Below, piece by piece: positions 1 through 9,633 of a stretch of DNA of 64,000 nucleotides. Positions within the stretch are counted from its first letter, which is position 1. The number at the start of each line of letters is the position of its first letter. The notes beneath the pieces were generated by a model that saw nothing but the letters and a program-made list of their open reading frames with translations, was not told the origin of the DNA and searched no databases. The stretch is from an uncultured Oligoflexus sp. (GTDB lineage Bacteria > Bdellovibrionota_B > Oligoflexia > Oligoflexales > Oligoflexaceae), in the NCBI GenBank assembly GCA_964236955.1, contig CAXSGP010000005.1:1-64000 (forward strand). Reading direction: 5' to 3'. The translations under genes were made by a program, and so were the position numbers.

Positions 1-6
1 GCGTTA

Positions 7-53
7 CTGGGGATGTTCGACGTTGGCGTAGCCAAACGTCAACAGCCCCTAAT
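7..53. repeat. REP-like palindromic dispersed repeat, copy 1
   Basis: Imperfect hairpin GGGGATGTTCGACGTT-GGC-gta-GCC-AAACGTCAACAGCCCC; closely similar to the reverse complement of 17565-17611. Confidence 0.6.
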
Positions 54-616
54 ATCTAAAGGGATCGCTTCTTCACTGGCACCTATCAGAACCTTCGCAT
101 TCCGGTCGGCATCTGTTCGAATCTAACAGGGGAATTTCGAAAGGCTCAGATACTCGCCTGGAAAATCAACGGAAACGCCTGCTCCATCCGTCACCTTCTA
201 ACCTGCCCCCTTGCCATTGCAACTCAGCAGAAGAACCTGGAGTGCTAGGGTCGATAATTGTCCAAAGGCCATGGGATACCATTTGCCAAGATGAATGAGT
301 TCGTGAGTTCACTTAGATCAAAGATACAGATGCAAATTATAAACGAAATAAACTTCAGCCGCAGCCCTGCATCTTAAAAGAAAAAGAAGCTGGCACAAAG
401 GCCGCTGCAGAGCACACAGTATCTTTCAGCTATCGAGCTCACCTTTGGCCATCGATAGACATCTCACCGCCGGCACCCCACCGTTCGCCTCAGATCTTTT
501 TTAGGCGTCAATAATACCTTGTCTTAAATTTATTTATCTTTAACAATCAAAAGGAGCCCATGCTGCCCTAAACCGACCGCAAGGACCTCTTGGAGTTTTT
601 CCATTCGGAGCGGAAT

Positions 617-1453
617 ATGAAGTCCCCTAAAGCACGCATACTCGTTACAGGACCAGTCCAGGGAGGCTGGGCTATGTGGGTCACGACTCGCTTTCAAGTT
701 TACTTAGCGGGTGGGCAGGCGCTACGATTGCGAACTCTCGACTATGATCCTTCCCACTTGCCCGAATTTGATGCCCTCATACTGGGAGGAGGCGAGGATG
801 TCGACCCCATTTTTTATAAGGAGGCGATCAAGGAGCGGACTGAAAATATCGCAGCCGGAAAACCTCCCGGTCTAGGCGCTGTTCGAGATGCCGGGTTAAA
901 GACTCTTCGGCAACTGATGCGCATCATTCCTCATACCGGTCGCATCGATCACGCCCGCGATGTGATGGAGATGGCCCTACTCAAACTTGCCATCCTTCGC
1001 CATAAACCCGTATTGGGACTCTGCCGGGGTGCACAGCTTATAAACGTCTTTTGCGGTGGGACACTCCACCAGGATATTTCTTCGTACTATGGAGACACTC
1101 AAAAAATAACCACGCTCCTCCCCCGTAAAACAATCGGGATTTCCAAGGGGTCGCTTCTCAATAGGATTCTCCAAAGTGATACCGTACTTGCAAACGGTAT
1201 GCATAGCCAGGCTGTAAATAAGCTTGGCGACCATTTAAAGGCTGTGGCCTGGGAGAAAGTGGGCATTGTGCAGGGGATTGAGGGCATCGACTTTGCAGCG
1301 CCAGTCCTGGGAGTCCAATGGCACCCGGAATTTCTTTTTTATAAAAAGGATCAACGCCTGCTCTTTCGATGGCTGATTACCCAAGCTGATCCGGTCAGGG
1401 AGACTCGGGATAACCCGGCGCTTCACCCTGAAATCGTGCCGGCCCCTATATAG
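617..1453 (+). CDS. Peptidase C26 / gamma-glutamyl-gamma-aminobutyrate hydrolase family (class I glutamine amidotransferase-like)
   Basis: Motifs LILGGGEDV, PVLGLCRGAQL (catalytic Cys), HSQAV and GVQWHPE; ATG at 617 follows GGAG (ORF track starts at 590). Confidence 0.88.
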   Translation: MKSPKARILVTGPVQGGWAMWVTTRFQVYLAGGQALRLRTLDYDPSHLPEFDALILGGGEDVDPIFYKEAIKERTENIAAGKPPGLGAVRDAGLKTLRQLMRIIPHTGRIDHARDVMEMALLKLAILRHKPVLGLCRGAQLINVFCGGTLHQDISSYYGDTQKITTLLPRKTIGISKGSLLNRILQSDTVLANGMHSQAVNKLGDHLKAVAWEKVGIVQGIEGIDFAAPVLGVQWHPEFLFYKKDQRLLFRWLITQADPVRETRDNPALHPEIVPAPI

Positions 1454-1544
1454 GTAGCTTAGCTTTGATCCCAATCAAATGAAAAGGGCCGAGTAGCCTC
1501 TGCTTTTAACCGGGCCGCGAGAACTGCTGTACTAGTATCCCTGA

Positions 1545-2150
1545 TCAGCCGATAATTTTTGCGCCTTCTTTAAAGCTCAGACGCGCGTTACGTGGGTATA
1601 ACTTTGAGGTATCCCCGTAACCCAGGTTAACGACCACGGCTGATTTCCAGGTCGTTCCAGCAAAAAAGCTTGCATCAACTTTATCTTTTTCAAAGCCTGC
1701 CATAGGGCCACAATCAAGACCAAGGGCACGCGCTGCTATCAAAAAGTAGCCATGTTGAAGCGCACTGTTATAGATGGCTGTTTCTTGAGCCAGAGCAGCG
1801 TTATTTGCATACCAGGGCCGTGCGTCTACATGCTTCATGAGCCTTGGCAGTTCATTATAAAAAGCCGCATCATAAGCTAAAACCGCAGTGATGGGAGCGG
1901 CTCGCGTTTTGTCGACGTTGCTTGGCGACATGCAAGCCAAAAGCTTTTCGCGTTCAGCGCCCTGCTTGATGAACAATACTCGCGCTGGCAGACTATTAAC
2001 TGAGGTCGGTCCCCATTCCATGGCTTCATAGATTTCGACCAAAACTTCATCCGCTATTGGTTTATCGAGCCAGGCGCTAAAAGTGCGAGCATTGTGAAAT
2101 AATTGTTCGATAGGGACTGACTTGTTAACGATCTTGCTAGCGTTGGTCAT
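1545..2150 (-). CDS. Malonic semialdehyde reductase RutE/YcdI-like nitroreductase
   Basis: LFHNART, WGPTSVN, RALGLDCGPMAGF, NLGYGD...PRNARL; start reassigned to ATG at 2150 with AAGGA upstream. Confidence 0.88.
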   Translation of the reverse strand: MTNASKIVNKSVPIEQLFHNARTFSAWLDKPIADEVLVEIYEAMEWGPTSVNSLPARVLFIKQGAEREKLLACMSPSNVDKTRAAPITAVLAYDAAFYNELPRLMKHVDARPWYANNAALAQETAIYNSALQHGYFLIAARALGLDCGPMAGFEKDKVDASFFAGTTWKSAVVVNLGYGDTSKLYPRNARLSFKEGAKIIG

Positions 2151-2391
2151 ACCGGTTCCTTTAGAGGAGTGCTTTAACACCCTCCATTTTACGGCTTTAA
2201 AAAGCCCCAACAATAGACCCCATATTCTGGAAAGATTGTCCAGCAGCCGGAACAGTAATGAGGAGCTTCGCCGAGCGGGAGAAAGACTCAAAATAGCTTT
2301 CCATGGAAGCTGTGAAGCCCTGCTATCCTCGCTTGTATCCAACACCATAAGTCAGTATGGTAAGAAAGTAGGACGCAGAGGAAAGGCACTT

Positions 2392-3054
2392 ATGCTGACA
2401 TTTGATGGCTTTTTCGGCAAGGCAAACAGTCCGGAACCTCTTGGCGATGGAGCCGTATTGCTGCGCGCGTATGCATTGGCTGAGGCTCATGCACTGACGG
2501 CAGCCGTTCAACATATTACCGAAGTCGCACCTTTTCGGCAGATGCTAACCCGTGGCGGTCTTAAGATGTCGCTTACTTCGACTGGCTGCGGCAACCTAGG
2601 CTGGTTAACGGAAGAGGATGATTCAAAAGCCGCAATCTATTCCACGCTGCCGCAAACGTTGCCACCAATGCCGGAGCTTTTTTTGAGTTTTGCCAGGCGG
2701 GCCGCTGCAGCCGCCGGATACCACGATTTTGCAGCAAACGCCTGCCTTATCAATCGCTATTTTCCTGGCGCGAAATTGGGTCTGCATCAAGATAAGGACG
2801 AACGCGATTTTAAGGCTCCCATTGTTTCCGTATCGCTGGGGTTGCCGATCACTTTTCTCTTTGGCGGACTGCAGCGCAGCGAACCGACTCAGCGGATTGC
2901 TTTGGATCATGGCGATGTCGTGGTATGGGGAGGCGCCACACGCATGGCATTTCATGGGGTTTTGACCCTCAAGGATGGCGATCATCCGCTGCTTGGCCGG
3001 CAAAGAATCAACCTAACCTTTCGAAAGGTCAAGGACCAGAACACTTCCATTTAA
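2392..3054 (+). CDS. alkB: Alpha-ketoglutarate-dependent dioxygenase AlkB
   Basis: ACLINRY, LHQDKDE (HxD), PIVSVSLG, FHGV, RINLTFR; ATG at 2392 after GAAAGG. Confidence 0.92.
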   Translation: MLTFDGFFGKANSPEPLGDGAVLLRAYALAEAHALTAAVQHITEVAPFRQMLTRGGLKMSLTSTGCGNLGWLTEEDDSKAAIYSTLPQTLPPMPELFLSFARRAAAAAGYHDFAANACLINRYFPGAKLGLHQDKDERDFKAPIVSVSLGLPITFLFGGLQRSEPTQRIALDHGDVVVWGGATRMAFHGVLTLKDGDHPLLGRQRINLTFRKVKDQNTSI

Positions 3055-4094
3055 AGTTCGCGGTAAGCCTTAACCAGTCGATACACCTTGCCGTCCTCAA
3101 ACAAAGCCCTTTCAAACTTGAATTGCAGGGTCTCGCCATCTGCTGATAAAGCTTTATTGCCAAAAATTCCCAGATCCTTTGTCAGGAGAAAGGCTTTTTT
3201 CTCTTTAGGGGCCATATTGAGTTCGACCCTGGAAAACGGCTCCATGGCCACAACTTCCTTTTGGAGGTTGAGCACCATAAGCGTGCCATCGATTTCCTTA
3301 AGGCGGCTTTCCGATTTATTTTGAAACAAAAATTCAAAATGAATCTGCTGCCCAAGGCCCATCATGCCCTCTTCGCGCCTGACTCCTCCGACTAAAGGCA
3401 GCAGAGTCATCAGATCCGATTGAACCTTGAGATTGTGGGCATCTATCTTTTTTTCCTGATCTTTCACAAACAGGCTAAGGGTTGATGATAGGCCTTCAAA
3501 TCCCGTAACTTTCCAATCACCTGATTTTTCCAGCGTGAGTGTGAGCGGATAGGACTTTTCCATCCTGATCAGGCGCAGATCGACATTAACAAGGGCCTTC
3601 TCGCCTGATCGAACAACTTTACCAAAAGACAGGCTTTGAATATCGCCGAAAAATTCTTTGATTGGCCTCGAGGGTGTGACGGGCGATGCCGAGGATTGCG
3701 CCTGATCCCGGTCGTTATTTCGTAAGACGAGTTCAATCTCGTGCTTTAGCGAATTCATGACCTGCGACTTCAGGACTTTGGTAAAGCCGGCTCCAATATT
3801 GGATTGTACGGTTTCCCAAGGGCTCTCGGCACTCTTTTCGCTCTTTATCACGGTCAGGGCATCGATACTGGAATCGTAGATCCGATCGAGGTCGAGCCGA
3901 CTGTAAAGGCTCGCCAGGTCTTTTTCCTGGATAGCGCGTTCCAGTTCGCGCACAGCAAAGCTTGGCGAATTGATCCAATAGGAGTAGGCGCCTCCGCTCA
4001 TCAACGCCAAGAGAAGAATAGACTGCAAAAAACGGGAGCGAGGCCTTGGAACCGCTGCGCCCCTTGGTACTAGGTCGCCCTTTTTTTGAGTCAT
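3051..4094 (-). CDS. DUF2939-like membrane-anchored protein with C-terminal extension
   Basis: N-terminal TM then SPSFAVRELERAIQEKDLASLYSRLD, resembling DUF2939; WKVTGF end of domain. Confidence 0.6.
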   Translation of the reverse strand: MTQKKGDLVPRGAAVPRPRSRFLQSILLLALMSGGAYSYWINSPSFAVRELERAIQEKDLASLYSRLDLDRIYDSSIDALTVIKSEKSAESPWETVQSNIGAGFTKVLKSQVMNSLKHEIELVLRNNDRDQAQSSASPVTPSRPIKEFFGDIQSLSFGKVVRSGEKALVNVDLRLIRMEKSYPLTLTLEKSGDWKVTGFEGLSSTLSLFVKDQEKKIDAHNLKVQSDLMTLLPLVGGVRREEGMMGLGQQIHFEFLFQNKSESRLKEIDGTLMVLNLQKEVVAMEPFSRVELNMAPKEKKAFLLTKDLGIFGNKALSADGETLQFKFERALFEDGKVYRLVKAYREL

Positions 4095-4601
4095 CGATGG
4101 CCTCCGGCGCTAGTAGATGATCCATCGCTTGATGGGTAAAGTAGGGTTAGGATAACTCAAAACTCTCAATAAATCCTATTTAGACCTTTATCGCAGCGGA
4201 ATTTCTAAGAAGATCGGCATACCCTAGGCACTAAAACCGAGGCCCCCGTTGCCTTTTTACCTTGGCTATGAAGGCAATATTGCCATCGCTGTAAAAATCC
4301 ATCGGACTCATGCCTTTATAAAAACCTTGAGATGTCGCCAAACACATATGAGGCTTTGTCAAAATTGTCTCATTAATACTGATTGTGTCCGGAAACATGA
4401 GAATTTGTACGGGGAGAGTTAAAGTGAGCGCAAGAGCAAGAAATCCTGGGGATTCTGAGGGACTCACCCGGCCTTCAGTCGGACCGGCTAGAGGTCGACC
4501 TTGAATTTTCAGTAAAACCAGCCGATGATTGCCTGGCAATCGGCCTGATTTCAGAAGCCACTTCATAAGGAAATGGCATCTCCTAGCGAGGACTTACCAA
4601 G

Positions 4602-5030
4602 ATGACCCTAGACCAAAAACCAGTTCGTGTCATTCGCAGCCTCAAAGGAAAACCAGAACAAGTTTTTGACGCTTGGCTGAATCCCAAGACGATCGCCAAA
4701 TGGATAACGGCTTCCCCCGGCGATAAAAGTGTAAACATCCTTACCGACGCGATTCCGGGTACCCAGTTCTCATTTGTTATTCAGAGGAACGGCAAGGAGG
4801 TCAATCATATCGGCGAATACATCGAAATCAGGCGCCCCCATCGTCTGGTCTTTACTTGGGGTGTCGAGGGAATGCCCATGGGTGAGAGCCGGGTGGCTAT
4901 CGATTTTGAGCCGAATGCCCGTGATACTTTTCTTACTCTGACGCATACCGGCGTCCTGGCCGAATATAAGGATCGTACCCATAGTGGCTGGGAGAGGGTC
5001 ATAACAGCCATCGATAGCACGCTGACTTAG
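4602..5030 (+). CDS. SRPBCC/AHSA1 (START-like) domain protein
   Basis: EQVFDAWLNP, GEYIEIRRPHRLVFTW, TFLTLTH, GW motifs. Confidence 0.88.
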   Translation: MTLDQKPVRVIRSLKGKPEQVFDAWLNPKTIAKWITASPGDKSVNILTDAIPGTQFSFVIQRNGKEVNHIGEYIEIRRPHRLVFTWGVEGMPMGESRVAIDFEPNARDTFLTLTHTGVLAEYKDRTHSGWERVITAIDSTLT

Positions 5031-5908
5031 AATTCGTAATAGGTCTTGATCGCCTCAGCACATTCCAGGATAAACAAGCGCGTCTTCGGATGCTGAAATT
5101 TTTCGCCAGGGTAGACGATACTGATCGGCGTTGGCGCTTCAAACCAATCACTGAGTACAGGAATCAAGACACCCTTGGCCACTTCCGTGCGACAGAAAAA
5201 TGTCGGTAATAGGCATATTCCAAGACCATTGAGAGCCATATCCTTGATGGCCAGCAATTGATCGACGGTCGTTCGGCCCTCAACTTTTACACTTACTTTT
5301 CGGGCACGGTTTTCAAGATGCCATTCATCCTTGCCAGAAAATTTAATGCAGGTATGTTTACCGAGATCGCGGGGCTGCTTTGGTTCACCCGCAATTTTAA
5401 GATAGCCGGGTGACGCGAAAATCCCGCCCTTCATAGCACCGAGCCTTTTGGCAACCAGGCTGGAGTCTTTCAAATTACCGGCTCGAATCGCAATATCGAC
5501 GTTTTCACCGACGAGATCGATGAAACGGTTCGATAAAATCAGATCGACATTGATGCCTGGATACTTGGCGAGAAAAGATTTTAGGAAAATAGCCAGCACG
5601 CCCCCAAAATCCACCGGCCCCGTTACGACCAGGCGGCCTTTGGGAGTTTCCTGTTTGGTTGAGATTGACAATTCAGCAGCGCCTATTTCGGCCAAGGCCT
5701 TGGCACAGGCGTTGAAAAAAAGCTCACCATCTTCCGTCACCCGCAATTGCCGGGTGGTCCGATGCAAAAGAGTGACCCCCAAGCGTTTCTCCAATCCTGC
5801 GACCTTGGCGCTCACAGTGGATTTTGGAGCCTCAAGCAAACGGGCTGCCTGAGTAAAGCTTCCCGCCTGAACCACTTTTACAAATGCTGCCACATCGCTG
5901 AGTTCCAT
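5027..5908 (-). CDS. LysR family transcriptional regulator (CrgA-like)
   Basis: FVKVVQAGSFTQAA...LEKRLGVTLLHRTTR HTH; DLVGENVDIAIR; start at 5908 (or 5947). Confidence 0.93.
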   Translation of the reverse strand: MELSDVAAFVKVVQAGSFTQAARLLEAPKSTVSAKVAGLEKRLGVTLLHRTTRQLRVTEDGELFFNACAKALAEIGAAELSISTKQETPKGRLVVTGPVDFGGVLAIFLKSFLAKYPGINVDLILSNRFIDLVGENVDIAIRAGNLKDSSLVAKRLGAMKGGIFASPGYLKIAGEPKQPRDLGKHTCIKFSGKDEWHLENRARKVSVKVEGRTTVDQLLAIKDMALNGLGICLLPTFFCRTEVAKGVLIPVLSDWFEAPTPISIVYPGEKFQHPKTRLFILECAEAIKTYYEF

Positions 5909-6288
5909 TTTGCCATCCGTTAGCTTTGCCTTGAACAATCGAGGCATTTATGGTCCCGGTCTTGTCGATTTAATCTGAGAATAGAATGCCTTTTTCAAAA
6001 AAGCTAAGAAATCTCGAATGTTCTTTTTATTAAGACCCAAAACGAAGCGGCTCCGAATGGCCAGAAATTATGATTTCCAGTTTTTTGCGCCTAAGCATGT
6101 CAAGTTGATGCTATAAATCTGCCTAAATTTTATGAGTTGTTCATTTTTTAACTCTATATACTTGAAGTAGAGTCATTACTATTTTCTAGGCGTAGCAGAT
6201 TGATAGACAGCTCAAATAAATAGGGGACTGAACCCTCACCCGATCGCCAACGTCCTGCTTTAAAAGGTCATGTTAAGGATCTAAAGAC

Positions 6289-7092
6289 TTGAAAAAATGC
6301 TCACTTTTTTTCACATTTTTATCCCTACTTGCCAGCCCTGCGTTTGCCATGAGCAGCAGGGTCTTCACTGCATGCATTGATGAGAGACCTTGGCTTCCCC
6401 ATACCAACCCCGATCCCGGGCATCCTGGCAATATGCAGATTCTCATTAAGTCAGTAGCCCACGATTTGGGGTCGACGGTGCAGATTATATCCCTCCCCTG
6501 GCGTCGCTGTTTAGAGTCGGTTCGAACGGGTAAAATCGATGCCATGGTAGGCGCAGGCGATGTGCCTTTTACACGGGAATTAGGCGAATTTCCAAAAATT
6601 GGCAACATTGTCGATAGCGGTCGTTCCTTAGGCATGGCGCGCGTCATGCTGGTTAAAAGAGCGGGTTCAAAGGTGAGTTGGAATGGCGTTCATTTTTCCG
6701 GGCTTAGCAAACCCGTCGGGGTCGCAAAGGGCACCCAGGTCATGATCACTTCTGTACAAAATTCTGGCGGCACAGTTGACGATGGCGGCAAAACTGATCT
6801 CCATAATATTCGCAAATTACTGGAGTATCGAGTCGATCTGATGGCAGGCTACGATTTCGACCTGAAAAAAATCCTTGCCCAAGGCTACCACGACCGCCTG
6901 GTCATGCTAGCAATGCCCCTAGTTGAATCCAATTACTATTTGGCTTTTTCCAAGGCTTTCTATACGAGAAATAAGGTTTTCGCTGAAAATTTTTGGAACA
7001 GGGTAGGCTTTGTCAAAAACAAACTCTACGCTCGGCCTTCTGCCAAATATCGCTATAATATCGAAACCTCCTCTGCAAATATCCTTCGGTAG
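6289..7092 (+). CDS. Periplasmic substrate-binding protein (family 3-like), orphan
   Basis: Signal peptide; LPWRRCLESVRTGKID, RVDL and YYLAFSK motifs typical of this family. Confidence 0.8.
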   Translation: MKKCSLFFTFLSLLASPAFAMSSRVFTACIDERPWLPHTNPDPGHPGNMQILIKSVAHDLGSTVQIISLPWRRCLESVRTGKIDAMVGAGDVPFTRELGEFPKIGNIVDSGRSLGMARVMLVKRAGSKVSWNGVHFSGLSKPVGVAKGTQVMITSVQNSGGTVDDGGKTDLHNIRKLLEYRVDLMAGYDFDLKKILAQGYHDRLVMLAMPLVESNYYLAFSKAFYTRNKVFAENFWNRVGFVKNKLYARPSAKYRYNIETSSANILR

Positions 7093-7223
7093 AAACCGTT
7101 CTGCTACCCTCCCCGCCCATCCACTGTCCAGCTTTTAGCCAATGGCTTCGAGCTAGCTTTCCAACCCTTTGAAAATCTTTTGCTACACCATGAGAATCTA
7201 TAGATTTTTTATGGGCAAGGTCA

Positions 7224-7239
7224 TGGCCAGAGACTTGCA
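7224..7239 (+). promoter_or_regulatory. Candidate sigma54 (-24/-12) promoter
   Basis: TGGCCAGagacTTGCA, GG-N10-GC, 40 nt upstream of the lipoprotein ATG at 7280. Confidence 0.55.
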
Positions 7240-7279
7240 GAGGGTGCATAGTCCAGCCTATTCTTTTAGGGAGTTTTTA

Positions 7280-8089
7280 ATGAAGTCCGCTATCATCTGC
7301 TTGGCATGTCTGTCTCTGATAGCCTGCCTGAAAAAAAATTCTGATGCTACGACTATCAATACCAAACAGGAAGCACCCATCGTTAAAATTACCCCAACTC
7401 AATCGGCCGATGCCCTCGTTCCCATCGCCCGACCCGAGCCTGGCGTCTTCCTTGGGCCATGCGTGATCGAAGGAACCCACGGCACCGCCAACGGGATCGA
7501 GGTCACAGCGAAGCAAATCCTGCTGGCAACCGCTCTGTATTCCTCAACGACCTGCACGCCCGATACACTCAGCTCTTGGGGTTACACCACTGAATTTGCC
7601 AGCTTTAGCGCCTACGCAGCAGATATAGGTGTCCGATCAAGACTTTCAGGCGATGAAGTGGCTGTGAGTTTTGACAAGAGCTCCATAAAATTCCTATCCA
7701 AATCGGGAATCGCTTCAAGCCTACAAAAAAGCACGGCGACGCTGGTTCCTGAACAACGCTTAAAAATTTACGTCATGAATCCTCTTGTCGATACTGTAAA
7801 CGCCACCGTCTCCGGTCAAGTGCTATTGGCCAAAGGCCCTTTAAATGAAGGCGAATATGATATGGCTTTCTACTGCGAGGGCGCCAATAAAAAGGTCCTT
7901 CGTCAGGAGCTTAGTTTTGCAACTGATGCGATGGGCATCACTAGCTTTCTCGCCAAACTCAATACCTTGCCTGACAACCATGTCCCCCAAGTCACCCGCT
8001 GTCAAATCACTTTGGCAGAATTACAAAGAGGCGGTGATAGCACCCAATCCCAAGACATCGCCTGGAGCCAGTTTCTCGAGGTGAAATAA
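7280..8089 (+). CDS. Hypothetical lipoprotein
   Basis: MKSAIICLACLSLIA-C lipobox-like signal; AGGGAG RBS. Confidence 0.75.
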   Translation: MKSAIICLACLSLIACLKKNSDATTINTKQEAPIVKITPTQSADALVPIARPEPGVFLGPCVIEGTHGTANGIEVTAKQILLATALYSSTTCTPDTLSSWGYTTEFASFSAYAADIGVRSRLSGDEVAVSFDKSSIKFLSKSGIASSLQKSTATLVPEQRLKIYVMNPLVDTVNATVSGQVLLAKGPLNEGEYDMAFYCEGANKKVLRQELSFATDAMGITSFLAKLNTLPDNHVPQVTRCQITLAELQRGGDSTQSQDIAWSQFLEVK

Positions 8090-8111
8090 GATGTGAGCGT
8101 ATTTAGAGCGT

Positions 8112-8143
8112 AAAAAGCCTCGTCTTCCCGGACGAGGCTTTTT
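8112..8143. terminator. Bidirectional intrinsic terminator
   Basis: AAAAAGCCTCGTC-ttcccg-GACGAGGCTTTTT between convergent genes. Confidence 0.85.
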
Positions 8144-8151
8144 AGGATTGA

Positions 8152-9330
8152 TCAATGACCGATAGGAGGTTTTTGCGTGAGATCGATCAACCAGAATCGA
8201 ACTTTATTTTCGCTCTCGCGCGCTGGCAAAACTAATTTCTTGCCCAACGAGAATCCTCCGTAGGATTTGGTAAGGGCCGATGGGTCGGTGGGTGATCGGA
8301 GCGATTGAAACCTGGATCCGCCGTCACTTGTTTCAAAAAACAGGAATTCGATGGAACCACCTCTTGAAACACCTGAAATTGCCATATGCTGGGGATTGCT
8401 TGGGTCGATCCAAATATTCGTGATGTCACCGTTCCACTGGGTATCTTTGGGCTCTAGCCTTCCGACGGTACGGCCGCCCGAGCCTGCCTGGAGCAGCCAA
8501 TTCGCTTTCTTCGATTTAGCGTCAAATTTGAGAAAGCCGCCTTCTGTTCCTACAAAAAGCAGGTCCGGCTGACTGGCAACTGAGGCAAAGGAAGTTGGAC
8601 GTTGATTACTCATGATTTTCGAATCCACCAGTTTTTCCAAATTTTTGGGCTCAGAGCCCATGGGATTGAACCAGCCGATCCACGCATTATCGCTTGGACA
8701 TTCCTGCCCCTTGAATACGAAATTAGGGTAAGCGGGAAGGACGGCCGCTATACCGGACGCACAGGTTTGCATGCTGGCTTTTCCATAGGCATAGGTCCAG
8801 GTCTTACCGAAGTCATTCGAAATCGCAGTATTGGAGCCGGTTAGGGAGGCGATTATTTTCTTCGGAGGTACCACCAGGAAATGGATAGGCGATTCGTATT
8901 CACTCCCGACACCGTCCGGATTTGCAGTAAATTCAGTGCCAAACTCCTTCCAAGTCGCTCCTCCATCATGAGAAATTCGCAGCGGTAAAGTCTCAAACGC
9001 TTCGGCAACAGAGCCGATGATGGTATCGGGTTCACCCGATATAGCAAAGACTGATATCAATTCATCGTCGAAGGTCTTCAGCAGGGTCCAAGGTTCTTTC
9101 GACTGCAAGGCTTTTCGAAAAATAGATTTGCCAGTCTGGGCATAGATATACTTTTCGGTCATGGAAACTTTGACTTCGTCCTTTGCTTCGAGATCGCCCA
9201 AATCCTGCCAACGTTGATCACTGACGATTTCGGGACTAAGGGCTTTCAATTGAATTTCAGCCTGGCTGCAGGCAAAACTCAAAATGGGCAAAAGCATAAG
9301 GAAACCGCAATTTAATGAAATTATCTTCAT
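8152..9330 (-). CDS. BNR/Asp-box repeat (sialidase/VPS10-like beta-propeller) lipoprotein
   Basis: Lipobox LSFA-C; Asp-boxes SHDGGATW, SNDFGKTW, TSDGGSRF; start ATG at 9330 with GAGG RBS. Confidence 0.75.
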   Translation of the reverse strand: MKIISLNCGFLMLLPILSFACSQAEIQLKALSPEIVSDQRWQDLGDLEAKDEVKVSMTEKYIYAQTGKSIFRKALQSKEPWTLLKTFDDELISVFAISGEPDTIIGSVAEAFETLPLRISHDGGATWKEFGTEFTANPDGVGSEYESPIHFLVVPPKKIIASLTGSNTAISNDFGKTWTYAYGKASMQTCASGIAAVLPAYPNFVFKGQECPSDNAWIGWFNPMGSEPKNLEKLVDSKIMSNQRPTSFASVASQPDLLFVGTEGGFLKFDAKSKKANWLLQAGSGGRTVGRLEPKDTQWNGDITNIWIDPSNPQHMAISGVSRGGSIEFLFFETSDGGSRFQSLRSPTDPSALTKSYGGFSLGKKLVLPARESENKVRFWLIDLTQKPPIGH

Positions 9331-9403
9331 CGATGTCCTCTTCAGACCTAACATATGCGCTGCCTCTGATTGCAGACGGAATGGCTTTGGGAATATAGCT
9401 ACT

Positions 9404-9432
9404 AGATTATGAACTTGGACTTTGCTTGTCAA
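9404..9432 (-). promoter_or_regulatory. Candidate sigma70 promoter of the BNR lipoprotein gene
   Basis: TTGACA-N17-TAATCT on the minus strand. Confidence 0.5.
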
Positions 9433-9567
9433 CCTGCGTCAGCTCATAAATGAGGCATACTGCACAGGCGTCAATTTTTTTGACAACATCAGGCAGAAAA
9501 GATCCTTAATTTCATCATAAATCATTGAAATTATTAATTTTAATTATTATACAAACAACAAAACCCA

Positions 9568-9584
9568 CGGCACGACTCTCGCAT
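9568..9584 (+). promoter_or_regulatory. Candidate sigma54 promoter with upstream near-consensus IHF site (9518-9530)
   Basis: CGGCACGactcTCGCAT (GG-N10-GC); minus strand TTTCAAtgatTTA is one mismatch from WATCAAN4TTR. Confidence 0.55.
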
Positions 9585-9633
9585 TAAATCTAGCAGCTGC
9601 CTGCTCCTCAACGCTGTCTATGAGGTCCCCACT

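Noticed and set aside
40..273. Degenerate lipoprotein-like frame on the minus strand (MAFGQ...LLSC..., two in-frame TAG)
   Set aside because: No recognisable family; cannot be told apart from chance
391..406. Possible sigma54 motif TGGCACA-N4-CCGCT
   Set aside because: Poor -12 element and about 210 nt from the next start
4231..4566. 111-aa minus-strand ORF
   Set aside because: No motif, no clear RBS and atypical composition
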